Positions 38,047 to 47,312 of a stretch of DNA of 64,000 nt are shown piece after piece. Source of the DNA: a virus (taxonomy: Duplodnaviria; Caudoviricetes); IMG/VR virus record IMGVR_UViG_3300035691_000004, positions 877-64,876 of that record; one strand, written 5' to 3'. Numbering within the stretch: the first letter of the stretch is position 1; every line of letters starts with the position of its first letter. The position numbers were made by a program, and so were the translations under genes. The notes below the pieces were generated by a model. That model searched no databases, had not been told where the DNA came from, and saw only the letters and a list, made by a program, of their open reading frames with translations.

Positions 38047-38840
38047 CCGACTCCGCTAACACGATCAACCAGCGCGTTGGCGTGTTCGAGTTCCCGTACT
38101 CAGATACGGACGTCGACAACACCGACAAGACCGTCACGGATCTTGCCCAGTCAACGCTACTCTCGCTGTTCCAGGCGGCCATCAACGACGAGCTGACCGG
38201 TGTTTTCGCGAAGGTGGCCGCCGGCACCGCACTCGATCACGATTCGCTCCCGCTGATTCCAGTGCGCGACGTCTGGCCCGGCCGCTGGTCGCCGCAAGTC
38301 GCCAAGCAGCGCAAAACAACTTTTCCCGTCCTCGCTCTCTATCGCACAGGCGCTCGCGAGTGGAACGAGCTGACGCTGGGCGTCGACCAGGCCACGCAAA
38401 AGTGGGGCATCGACCTCATTCTCGGCCCGGTAGACGTCGGGGACCAGCAGCGCATCGAGCGCATCCTTCCTCGCATCGGCGTGCTCGTTCAGCGCGTGCT
38501 CCGTAACCGCGGGCACAAGTCCTTTCAGTCTGGTGCCTGCCTATGGGGTGTCCAAGAGACCGGCTCGCTCTCCTCAGTCTGGATGGACAAGGACGAGTTT
38601 GGCCCTGCGCAGTTCGTCGGCGACGACGGTGGCGTGACATATCTCGGCTGGTCGGCGCAGCTCACTACTACCGAGGTGGATTCGAACGTCGGCGATGGTG
38701 ACGCTGTCGACCTGCTCGGAACGACTTTCACGTTCGGTGTTGGTGGCAGCGATGGCGTCATCCCAGGCGCAATCACCGCGATCAGCATCGGCGAATTCAG
38801 CTCTGAGTTCAGCAGCGAATTTCGGGTGTTAGGTACATGA
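38043..38840 (+). CDS. Tail terminator-like protein
   Basis: GTG 38043; FPVLALYR; synteny. Confidence 0.6.
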   Translation: MTDSANTINQRVGVFEFPYSDTDVDNTDKTVTDLAQSTLLSLFQAAINDELTGVFAKVAAGTALDHDSLPLIPVRDVWPGRWSPQVAKQRKTTFPVLALYRTGAREWNELTLGVDQATQKWGIDLILGPVDVGDQQRIERILPRIGVLVQRVLRNRGHKSFQSGACLWGVQETGSLSSVWMDKDEFGPAQFVGDDGGVTYLGWSAQLTTTEVDSNVGDGDAVDLLGTTFTFGVGGSDGVIPGAITAISIGEFSSEFSSEFRVLGT

Positions 38841-39343
38841 GCGACACCCAAAAAGACCTGACCGCACTGCTTGCGACGCTGGTCGTGAACAATGCGAGCG
38901 GCGCGATCACGGCGCAAATGATCCGGGACGCGCTTGTGAGCGTACTCGGCGGATACGGCTCGATCTTCATCGACTCTGGCTCAGGATCTCAGGCTGCTAG
39001 CTCCGGCGGCGCGGCCGTCACGCAGCTCACGTCGAGCGGACCGGTCAGCGGGGTCACATTCAACACCGCAGCGGGCACGCTGACCGTAGGCGTTGCCGGA
39101 GACTATCTGGTCGACGCGCGTTGCGAATTCGTCGGCGTTGCGAGCCAGAGCTACACGTTAACCGCTGGCACTGGCCTGGTTGGCGTCGCGCAGGTAAACG
39201 CCGCCGCCGATCGCGCGGTCGCCGCGTTCCAAAACATCGTCACGCTCACCGCCAACCAAACGCTGACGCTGAATGTGTCAAACCCGAGCAACAACGCTTT
39301 CGCGCTGAAGTCCGGACACTGGATGTGCAAGCGAGTTAGCTGA
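38837..39343 (+). CDS. Structural protein (beta-rich)
   Basis: Ser/Gly/Thr-rich, coupled. Confidence 0.6.
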   Translation: MSDTQKDLTALLATLVVNNASGAITAQMIRDALVSVLGGYGSIFIDSGSGSQAASSGGAAVTQLTSSGPVSGVTFNTAAGTLTVGVAGDYLVDARCEFVGVASQSYTLTAGTGLVGVAQVNAAADRAVAAFQNIVTLTANQTLTLNVSNPSNNAFALKSGHWMCKRVS

Positions 39344-39344
39344 T

Positions 39345-39818
39345 GTGTTCGACCTCGCGAAGATCAAGCAGAAACACCAGCATTTCATGGCTGGCTTCAC
39401 GCTCGACGTTGACCGCGCACTTGGCCCCGAGCGGCTGACCGAATTCGAGCAGCGATACGTCGCGCTAAACAGCAAGTTTCATTCGCGGTCCGGCAATCTC
39501 GTCAAGCAGACGAAGGTGAAGGTGGTGCGCACCGGACGTGGCGCGCGCCGTATCCGCAGCACGAACGCAGCGAAGTACGCGGCCGCTCAGGACAGCGGCT
39601 CCGGTCTCTATGGTCCGAAGCGCGCTCAATACCTGATCAGGCCACGCAAGAAGAAGGCCCTCAGGTTCAGCGCCGGCGGCAAGATGGTTTTTGCGAACTA
39701 CGTCGTGCACCCCGGCGTGCGCCCGACTCGCTTTCTCTACAACGCGAACGATGCGGCTTTCCGCGCGGTGCGCGGATGGTTGCTCGAGGCGATGAAACGC
39801 GCAGCGGCTCGATTCTGA
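39345..39818 (+). CDS. Tail completion protein (HK97 gp10-like)
   Basis: SGNL, KYA..D.G, HPG.RP.RFL. Confidence 0.7.
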   Translation: MFDLAKIKQKHQHFMAGFTLDVDRALGPERLTEFEQRYVALNSKFHSRSGNLVKQTKVKVVRTGRGARRIRSTNAAKYAAAQDSGSGLYGPKRAQYLIRPRKKKALRFSAGGKMVFANYVVHPGVRPTRFLYNANDAAFRAVRGWLLEAMKRAAARF

Positions 39819-39830
39819 GAGGGAAAACAC

Positions 39831-40184
39831 ATGATTTTGAAGTTCTACGCCAAGGCCGACGCCTTGCAGCGAGTGCCGAGCTTTCACCCGGCGGTCGGTC
39901 AGCACGATCGCTACGTCGGCCGCGAGCACGATCCGAAGCGCCCCGGCGCATTCCCGGCGACGCGCGAACCGTTCACCTGTGACTCGGAGTCCGAGGACGG
40001 GCGACGGCTGAAGCATCTGCTCTTCCGCGATCACGACCTCTGGGCCGCCGATCAAGCGACCGCCGATTATTGCCAGGTGCCGTTCGTACCCGTCGAGTTC
40101 GACGACGGCGAATGGGTGCCGTCCAAGCCCGCGGCGCGCGCTGAGCCCGCGGCCACCAAGCCCAACAAACCCAAGGACGACTGA
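39831..40184 (+). CDS. Hypothetical protein upstream of sheath
   Basis: SD, coupled to sheath gene. Confidence 0.6.
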   Translation: MILKFYAKADALQRVPSFHPAVGQHDRYVGREHDPKRPGAFPATREPFTCDSESEDGRRLKHLLFRDHDLWAADQATADYCQVPFVPVEFDDGEWVPSKPAARAEPAATKPNKPKDD

Positions 40185-41731
40185 TGAGTCTCATCCCCGT
40201 TACCGGCATTCCGAGCTCGTACCGCACACCTGGCGCCTATGCCGAGATCCTGTTCGCGCAGGGCCCGGGCACGAGCTCCGCGGGTGTCCGCAGCGTCATC
40301 CTCGTCATGCCGATGAGCTCGGCCGGCACCTGGACGGCGAACACCGTCTACGAGGTGAAGAACGAGGGCACGGCGAACGTGGGTGCCGGTGTCGGCTCGC
40401 CGCTTCATCGCGCGTGTCGCGCATTCCTGAAGCGGAACAAGCGCGCGAAGCTCTTTGCTCTGCCCTATTCCGCGAGCTCTGGCGGCTCGCCAGTGGCGGC
40501 CACGGGCACCATCACCTACGCGACGACTGCAACCGCAATCCTGACCACTGAGGTCGACATCTGCGGCGAGACCACGTCGACCAAGATCGCGAGCGGTGAC
40601 ACGGTCACTACGATCGCGACCAATATGGCCGCAGCCATCAATGCCAAGGATTGGTTGCCTGTCACGGCGGCTAACGTGGCCGGCGTGCTCACGCTAACTG
40701 CCAAGATTGCCGGAGCTTCGCAGGGAACCGCAACGATTGGCGTTATTCGCTACCGCGCACGCATCATCGGCTCGGGCGGCACGACCGTCACGACCTCCGG
40801 CGCATTCCTCGGCACTGGCGTGGCAGGCGCGGATGGCACGACCACCGAAGCCGCGAACCTAGCAACCGCGCTCGCTGTGATCGCTGGCGCTCGTTACTAC
40901 TACATCGGCACGTCGCTCTCGGACGCAACGTCGCTCGGCAACCTCAAGACGCACATCGCCGCCAAGTCGAACCCGAGCCCTGGGCTTCGTTCGGTGGGCT
41001 GCTCTGCCTGGACGGGCACGAGCGCGACCGGCATCACGATCGCGCAGGGGCTCAACTACGAGCGCCACCAGATCGTATGGCAGAAGAACAGCGAACATGA
41101 TTATGCCGAGCTCGTCGGCGCGATGCTGGCGACACGGCAGGCCAAAGAAGAGCTCGACGCGACCTTCAACTTCGACAATTACCGTGGCGTCGAGTGGCAG
41201 ATCCTGCCGGCCTATGCGCAGGCGGATTGGCCGACGGACGACGACGCGAACGACGCCATCAACGGTGGCCTGACGCCGATCCAATCGGATGCGGCGGGCT
41301 CGGCGATCACGATGACGATCACCACGCGTTCTAAGAACGCTGCGGGCACCGTCGCCGACTTCCGTGCGGCCGAGACGCATCGCATCTCTGGCGCTGACTT
41401 GTACGTGGACGACACGCTAACCAAGTACGCGCTGGACTATGGCGCCAAGAAGCTCGCGAGTGACCAATTGCTGGCAAACGGCAAGGTCAACACCAACCAA
41501 AAGCAGCGGCCAGGCGTCGTTACTCCGTTCAACTTCCGGCCCTTCATGGTGAAGCAGATTCACGATTTCGTCGAACGGGAGCAACTCCAGGACGAAGACG
41601 CGATGGTCGCTTCGCTACAGATCCAGCGCGACCCCAACAACACGGGGCGGCTCGAGGTCGGCCAAGAGATCCGCGTGATCGACCAGCTGCACCAGGCGAC
41701 GTTCCGATTCGCCGAGACCTCGCCCGGCTGA
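40184..41731 (+). CDS. Tail sheath protein (Mu gpL-like)
   Basis: IPSSYRTPGAYAEI, GVGS.LH, GGLTP, RDPNNTGRL. Confidence 0.9.
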   Translation: MSLIPVTGIPSSYRTPGAYAEILFAQGPGTSSAGVRSVILVMPMSSAGTWTANTVYEVKNEGTANVGAGVGSPLHRACRAFLKRNKRAKLFALPYSASSGGSPVAATGTITYATTATAILTTEVDICGETTSTKIASGDTVTTIATNMAAAINAKDWLPVTAANVAGVLTLTAKIAGASQGTATIGVIRYRARIIGSGGTTVTTSGAFLGTGVAGADGTTTEAANLATALAVIAGARYYYIGTSLSDATSLGNLKTHIAAKSNPSPGLRSVGCSAWTGTSATGITIAQGLNYERHQIVWQKNSEHDYAELVGAMLATRQAKEELDATFNFDNYRGVEWQILPAYAQADWPTDDDANDAINGGLTPIQSDAAGSAITMTITTRSKNAAGTVADFRAAETHRISGADLYVDDTLTKYALDYGAKKLASDQLLANGKVNTNQKQRPGVVTPFNFRPFMVKQIHDFVEREQLQDEDAMVASLQIQRDPNNTGRLEVGQEIRVIDQLHQATFRFAETSPG

Positions 41732-41734
41732 TCC

Positions 41735-42415
41735 GTGCAGGTCTGTACCAAGTGCCGCGAGAGCAAGGCGCTTGACGATTTCTACCTTCTGGCAACCGGT
41801 TGCAGGCGGCGCGAATGCAAGGCCTGTTGTTCCGCTTACGCCAAGGGTCGCCCGGCGTACCAGTACGAACCGAATGCGGACAAGCGGTGCTCGCGCTGCT
41901 TAGCAGTGAAGAAGAACACCGAGTTTGCGCGGAACAAGAACAGCAAACTCGGCACACGCTCTTGGTGCAAAGCCTGCTTCAGCGAGTACTCGAAGGCCGA
42001 CAACAAGGCTCGATATGCGGCGGACCCGGACGCAGCACTAAGGCGCTCAGGTGAATGGGCGGCGCGCAATGGAGCGCTCATCCTTGCAAATCACAGGGCC
42101 AATCGCGCGCGAGATCCGAAGCTATATAACTCGAGCCGCTCTGCTCGATACCAGCGCGAACGCTCAGCTGTCGGCCCCGGGATATCCGCCGAGCAATGGG
42201 CGGAGATACTCGAGATTCACGATCACCGCTGCGCGTACTGCCTGCGAAAGATCGCGCCGCTCCAACTCGACCACGTGATCGCGCTCGCCCGTGGCGGCGA
42301 GCATCACGCTGACAACGCAGTTCCAGCCTGTGTCTCCTGCAACAGCAGCAAGCGCGACAAGGCGATGTTCGAAATCCTAAACCCGCGGCTGCTTGTCGCA
42401 CAACGATCGGTTTAA
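41735..42415 (+). CDS. HNH endonuclease 4 (Zn-ribbon repeats plus McrA-like HNH)
   Basis: CAYC..LDHVIALARGG.H..N.VPACVSCN. Confidence 0.92.
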   Translation: MQVCTKCRESKALDDFYLLATGCRRRECKACCSAYAKGRPAYQYEPNADKRCSRCLAVKKNTEFARNKNSKLGTRSWCKACFSEYSKADNKARYAADPDAALRRSGEWAARNGALILANHRANRARDPKLYNSSRSARYQRERSAVGPGISAEQWAEILEIHDHRCAYCLRKIAPLQLDHVIALARGGEHHADNAVPACVSCNSSKRDKAMFEILNPRLLVAQRSV

Positions 42416-42418
42416 CCC

Positions 42419-42793
42419 ATTTCGGTCCAACAAGACTATGCGCGCCTCCCAGTTTTCTACAATGGGAGCTACCTCAACCAGCTGACCAGCGTCTCACACG
42501 AGACGGACCCCGGCCAGATGCCAGTCAACCTTCTAAACGAGGGGCTCGGTGGCTTCACACCCGGGACCGGCAGCTGCAAGATCACCCTCGGCTTCGCCAT
42601 TCCGATCGGCGGCACCGAGCAGCCATACCAGCAGGACGCGGCGAACGGCGCCTATATCAGGATGCAGCTTGGCGTCGGCGACGTCTCATATATCGGGACC
42701 GGCAAGATTCACAACGTGAAGATCAGCCAGTCCGTGAACGCCGCCGCCGAAGGCACCCTGGACTGGGAAGGCGAGCTCAAGCCGATGAGCTGA
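42419..42793 (+). CDS. Tail tube protein (5' part lacks a canonical start)
   Basis: Frame open from 42416 (PISVQQDYARLPVFYNG...), ATT at 42419, first ATG 42518; lies between sheath and chaperone. Confidence 0.7.
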   Translation: MSVQQDYARLPVFYNGSYLNQLTSVSHETDPGQMPVNLLNEGLGGFTPGTGSCKITLGFAIPIGGTEQPYQQDAANGAYIRMQLGVGDVSYIGTGKIHNVKISQSVNAAAEGTLDWEGELKPMS

Positions 42794-42859
42794 CGCGCGA
42801 AAGCGCGCCCCGCCGGAGAAGTCGAACGAGGGAGCGACGGATCGGAACCTGAGACGACC

Positions 42860-42900
42860 GACGCCCCCGTGCCACGTGCACGCGGGGCGTTTTCCTTTTT
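42860..42900 (+). terminator. Intrinsic terminator after tube gene
   Basis: ACGCCCCCGTGC-CACGT-GCACGCGGGGCGT hairpin then TTTCCTTTTT. Confidence 0.7.
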
Positions 42901-43698
42901 GTGCCACGAGAGAGGGATGCAGTGCGACCACCGACAGACATCGAACCGAGCGAGCTTTTCCAGAAGCTACTGAATGCCACCCCGCCGAGCGAGGTCATCG
43001 ACTTCCCGCGCCGAGACCCGGTAACGGGCAAGGCCGTCGACCAGATCCGTATTCAGGTGATCGGTCAGGAGGAGATGGATCGTGCGCGCATCGACGCAAC
43101 GGAGAAGCTCCGCGCGCGCGGCATCACCGACGCGCAGATGACGAGTCCTGCGATCAAGGAGGTGCTCGCGGACGCGGTCGGCAAAGAGCTGATCGCGATG
43201 TGCTGCCTGACCGTGAAGGGCGGCGGCGACCCCGAGAGGCCGCTCTACGCGCGCATCTTCCGCGACGCGAACGACGTCAGCAAGTTGCGGCCGAACGAGA
43301 TCCTGGTGCTGTTCAATGCGCACCTACTCGTCCAAGAAAAGTACGGTCCGTTCGAAAGCAACCTCAGCAAAGAAGACGTCGATGCCTGGGTGACGCGCCT
43401 CGGAGCGGGCGCCTCGGAGTTCCCTTTACTGGAGCTTGCCTTGCCTCAATTGGTGCTGTTAGCGCACTCGTTGGCGGAAAGGCTATTCACTTTATCCCAC
43501 ATCCTGGGATCCCAGCGCGAGAGCTTGCCGAATACATTGGCATCAGCCCTCGAAAACTACGTTACGGACACTACCTCTGCTGGATTGCCTGCCGACGCAT
43601 CCACAGCCATTACTTCGGAGCCCAAGGGTAGCCGCGCCGAGCCGATGACGCTCGAGCAGGCGACCGAGCTGGCTGGAAAGCTGCGCGAACGTGGGTGA
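42901..43698 (+). CDS. Tail assembly chaperone, probable -1 frameshift isoform ending at 43631
   Basis: Between tube and tape measure; in-phase C CCT TTA at 43422. Confidence 0.75.
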   Translation: MPRERDAVRPPTDIEPSELFQKLLNATPPSEVIDFPRRDPVTGKAVDQIRIQVIGQEEMDRARIDATEKLRARGITDAQMTSPAIKEVLADAVGKELIAMCCLTVKGGGDPERPLYARIFRDANDVSKLRPNEILVLFNAHLLVQEKYGPFESNLSKEDVDAWVTRLGAGASEFPLLELALPQLVLLAHSLAERLFTLSHILGSQRESLPNTLASALENYVTDTTSAGLPADASTAITSEPKGSRAEPMTLEQATELAGKLRERG

Positions 43699-45877
43699 GC
43701 TACTCGAATATAACTTTGCCGTCGTAGGCATGGCGAACATCGATCGCGCGCTCGCGTCGATGGAGCGCCGCTTCGCTCAGCACAACACGCGTATGCAGGC
43801 GATGTTCGGCGGCGCGACGCGCAGCGGGCGCGCCGGCGCCGGCGCAAGCGTTGGCGCGGTCGCAAAGCAGGTCGTTGGCGCGCAGGAAAAAGAGCAACTG
43901 GCATCGCAGCGCAGGCTGGCGAGCGCGGCGGCGCGCCTCGATGCGCAACGCTCGCGAGCACTATATTCGCAGTACCAGCAGAGTGAGCGCGCGCAGGCTA
44001 AGCAGCACCGGCAGGCGCTATCTGACTTGAAGCGAGAGAACGCGGAGCGCGCGCGGTTCGTACAGGGAACCGTGGGGCGTGGCGCCGGCCGCGTGCTCGG
44101 GGCTGCTCGGGCGACCGCGGGGCTCGGCCTAGCGATGACGGGTATCGGCGGCGCAGCACTCGCCGCTTCCGCTGTCTCGCAAGCGATGGATGTGGATGAG
44201 CGCGCGCGGCGCCTGTCCGTGGCGGCCACTGGAGCCGGAGAGAAGCCGCTCTACACGCCGGAGGAACTCAAGCGCCGGTTCGCAACGGTCTCCACCGAGA
44301 CAGGTATCAGCCAAGAGGGGCTAGCGGGCGCCGCTCAGACGTTCGTCGCCAAAACGGGCGACATCAAGACGCCGATCGAGAATCTGAAGACGTTCGCTAC
44401 CGTCGCTCAGGCCACCGGCGCCAGCATTGAGGACGTGGCCAGCACGGCCGCCGACCTGATGCAGAAGTTCGACATCAAGAAGACCGAGGACATGGCGGAC
44501 GCGCTCGCGGTCCTTACCATGCAGGGCAAAAAGGGAGCCTTCGAGCTCCGCGATATGGCCAACACGTTCCCCGAGATGTCTGCGGCTGCCCAGCGCGCTG
44601 GGCTTCATGGCGTGAAGGGCATGCGCACACTTGGCGGGCTGGCACAGCTCTCGCGACAGTCAACCGGATCCGGCGAAGAAGCCTCAACCGCGCTCCAGAT
44701 GATGCTCACTCAGCTCATCGCAAAGAGCGGCGAGCTCAAGAGCGGCAAAGCGCTCGGCGGCAAGTCGGTAAACGTCTTCGAAGGCGGAGATCCGACCAAG
44801 GCCGCGCGCGATATCCCAACCGTGCTTGCGGAGGTGATCTCGAAGTCACACGGCAATCTCCAGGAACTTGGCCAGCTGTTCGACGTGCGCGGCGTGCGCG
44901 CCGCATCGCCAATGATCTCGGCCTACCGAACCGCAGCCGAGAACACGAAGGGCACGGCTCAACAGAAAGAGGCAGCTGGAAAAAAAGCCGTGCTCGACCT
45001 CATCAACGACGCATCTAATGCCGCTGGCACCTTCGCCGACGTCCAAAAGGACGCCACGGACGTGATGAAGTCGTTCAACGTGCAATGGGAGCAGATCACG
45101 ACGCAGCTCAAGATCGGCATGGCAGACGAGTTGTTCCCCGCGATCCAAAAGCTTCTTCCAGAAATGGTGAAACTCATCGGTCCCACGCGCACGGTTGCGA
45201 CGGTGATGGTCAAGCTCGCCGAGGCGCTGCTCGACAACCCGCTGAAGAGCCTTGGCGCTGTGCTTGCGGCGTCTGTTGCTTATGAAGTCGTCAAGGCGAA
45301 GCTCGGCGACGTGCTGTCCAATGCGGTCAAGAACATGGTGGGTGCGGCCGGCGGAGCCGCGGGCGGAAATCCCGAAGGGGCAGCTTTCAATAGCAAGGCT
45401 GGCCTGCTAGGCGCGGTTGGCACTGGGGCTTCGATCGGCACGGCGATGGCACTGACCATCTACGCGACCGGCGTGACCAATATCGAGACCAGCGAAGCGA
45501 ACATGAAGCAGAGCGGGCGAGACCTACAACAGGTCCGCAGCGCGGGGGTGGATGACCTCGAAATGGTCCGCCAGAAGGTGCGCGAGCATCGCGATCGATT
45601 ATTCACGCTCAAGGATCCGAGCCTCACGCAACAGGCGAGCAACCTGATTTCCTTCGGTACCAAGACCGATCAGACGCAGATCAATACCGAAGAGAACATG
45701 CTCAAGGAAATGGAGCAGAAGATGGCGGCGCTCGACGTGATGAAGGACGCAGCGGATGAGCATCTGAAGGCAGCGAAGGCGCAGCAAGACGCCGCTGCGG
45801 CGCTGACGGCTGCCGCGGGAAAGCAGGGCGGGAACGGACCCAATCGGGGTAACGCTCCGAGCCCGGTCAAGGGCTAG
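43691..45877 (+). CDS. Tape measure protein
   Basis: 728 aa, Ala-rich helical, QGKKGAFELRDMA. Confidence 0.9.
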   Translation: MGELLEYNFAVVGMANIDRALASMERRFAQHNTRMQAMFGGATRSGRAGAGASVGAVAKQVVGAQEKEQLASQRRLASAAARLDAQRSRALYSQYQQSERAQAKQHRQALSDLKRENAERARFVQGTVGRGAGRVLGAARATAGLGLAMTGIGGAALAASAVSQAMDVDERARRLSVAATGAGEKPLYTPEELKRRFATVSTETGISQEGLAGAAQTFVAKTGDIKTPIENLKTFATVAQATGASIEDVASTAADLMQKFDIKKTEDMADALAVLTMQGKKGAFELRDMANTFPEMSAAAQRAGLHGVKGMRTLGGLAQLSRQSTGSGEEASTALQMMLTQLIAKSGELKSGKALGGKSVNVFEGGDPTKAARDIPTVLAEVISKSHGNLQELGQLFDVRGVRAASPMISAYRTAAENTKGTAQQKEAAGKKAVLDLINDASNAAGTFADVQKDATDVMKSFNVQWEQITTQLKIGMADELFPAIQKLLPEMVKLIGPTRTVATVMVKLAEALLDNPLKSLGAVLAASVAYEVVKAKLGDVLSNAVKNMVGAAGGAAGGNPEGAAFNSKAGLLGAVGTGASIGTAMALTIYATGVTNIETSEANMKQSGRDLQQVRSAGVDDLEMVRQKVREHRDRLFTLKDPSLTQQASNLISFGTKTDQTQINTEENMLKEMEQKMAALDVMKDAADEHLKAAKAQQDAAAALTAAAGKQGGNGPNRGNAPSPVKG

Positions 45878-46038
45878 TCGCGCTGCATCTTGTATCGCAC
45901 GAATACGAGGATTGCGGTCGTAGCGACCCCGGCGAGCGGAGAAAAGATTCCGATCTCGAAGAAGCCGATCACGGCGACGAGCAGCCCAGCGATTGCTGGC
46001 CCGGTCACGTCGATCTCGGATAGTTTTTTCTTGGTCAT
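45874..46038 (-). CDS. Small membrane protein
   Basis: 54 aa, two hydrophobic segments, coupled to lipoprotein gene. Confidence 0.55.
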   Translation of the reverse strand: MTKKKLSEIDVTGPAIAGLLVAVIGFFEIGIFSPLAGVATTAILVFVRYKMQRD

Positions 46039-46868
46039 GGCATGACCGCGCCAGCCGAAACGCACGGACAGAACGTCATGCCATCGCTCTCCAGCATATT
46101 GCACGCAATCCCAGCGTCATAGCCGCAGGTTCCTGTCGGACAGCTCTTGACGCGCCCGTCCGAGCAGACCGAGTAGTCGTTACCGGTCCACAGCGCGCAC
46201 AAATGAACGTTGTCGGGACAGATCGCGCTCTGTCCCGTATTTGAGCAGAGCGTCGCGTTGCCAGGGAAGCCGCACTGGGTTGGCTTCGGCGGAACGCACT
46301 TCATTGGCAACGGATGCGTGTTCGACGGCGCGCAGTCAGGGTCTCCGCCAACCCCGCCGCTGCCGCTGAGCCCTGCGGACCCTCCGGTGCCAGCGCTTCC
46401 AGCTGAGCCGCCTGCGCCAGACTTTCCAGCCGAACCGGCCGTGCCGGAGCTACCACCCAAGCCAGCTGATCCACTAGCGCCAGAGCTACCAGCGGCACCC
46501 GCCTCGCCGCCGGCGCCACCGCTCGCGCATTCGCAAACCCCGGTCCATTGCAGGTCGATTCCGCACTGCTCGTCGCACGAGGTCGAGCCCATGCAGTGCC
46601 GGTAGTCGCCGAGCGCGCACGCCGGGGCCTGACCGCCAGAGCCGGCAGATCCTGAGCTACCGGAGGAACCGCCAGGCGCGCCGCCTGTGCCGCCTCCAGA
46701 CGCGCCCGCGGCTCCAGCGCCACCAAGTCCAGCTGACGAACCGGAGGCCCCTGCTGAGCCCGCCTGGCCCGCCCTGCCTGCCTGCGCGTGGCTCACCGGA
46801 TCCGAGCCGCCTCCGCCACTGCAGCCGACCGCGAACAATCCGAGCGCGAGCACAAGAAAAACCCTCAT
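46035..46868 (-). CDS. Lipoprotein with Gly/Ser/Ala linkers and Cys-rich domains (moron)
   Basis: Signal peptide with AVGC lipobox; counter-oriented in tail operon. Confidence 0.8.
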   Translation of the reverse strand: MRVFLVLALGLFAVGCSGGGGSDPVSHAQAGRAGQAGSAGASGSSAGLGGAGAAGASGGGTGGAPGGSSGSSGSAGSGGQAPACALGDYRHCMGSTSCDEQCGIDLQWTGVCECASGGAGGEAGAAGSSGASGSAGLGGSSGTAGSAGKSGAGGSAGSAGTGGSAGLSGSGGVGGDPDCAPSNTHPLPMKCVPPKPTQCGFPGNATLCSNTGQSAICPDNVHLCALWTGNDYSVCSDGRVKSCPTGTCGYDAGIACNMLESDGMTFCPCVSAGAVMP

Positions 46869-47312
46869 TCAGCCGATGATGAATCTTGCAATCCCGGCGT
46901 CAAGGGGCGCGCATGAGCAGCCGTGAAACTACCCAGTCCCGAGAAATCGAGCGAGTGCTGGCGGTAATTGGACGTCGTTTTGAGGCTCACCGGTCCCAAC
47001 TTGGGATTCACCGCGAAGGCGGTGCCGGATTGCGACTTGTAGAGCCCCCATCGGCTGGCACGGAAGCATCGTCAGCAGTAGTTCCACTGTCGCCTGCAAG
47101 ATCAGCCTGGCTGTCTCGGGCTCTGTCTCGGCTAGCGCGAGCGCTTCATCCGCGATGAGCGCCGCCTCGAGTTGCGCGTGGTCGAAGCCGCAGAGCTCGA
47201 GCGCGTTCATCTGCCGCCCGTAGGCCTGCGCCCATAGCGCGCGGTCGAGACGCAGGATTTCAGCAAGCGACGTCAACGCCCAAAAGCGTAGCGCCAAACA
47301 CCGCCCCAGCCA

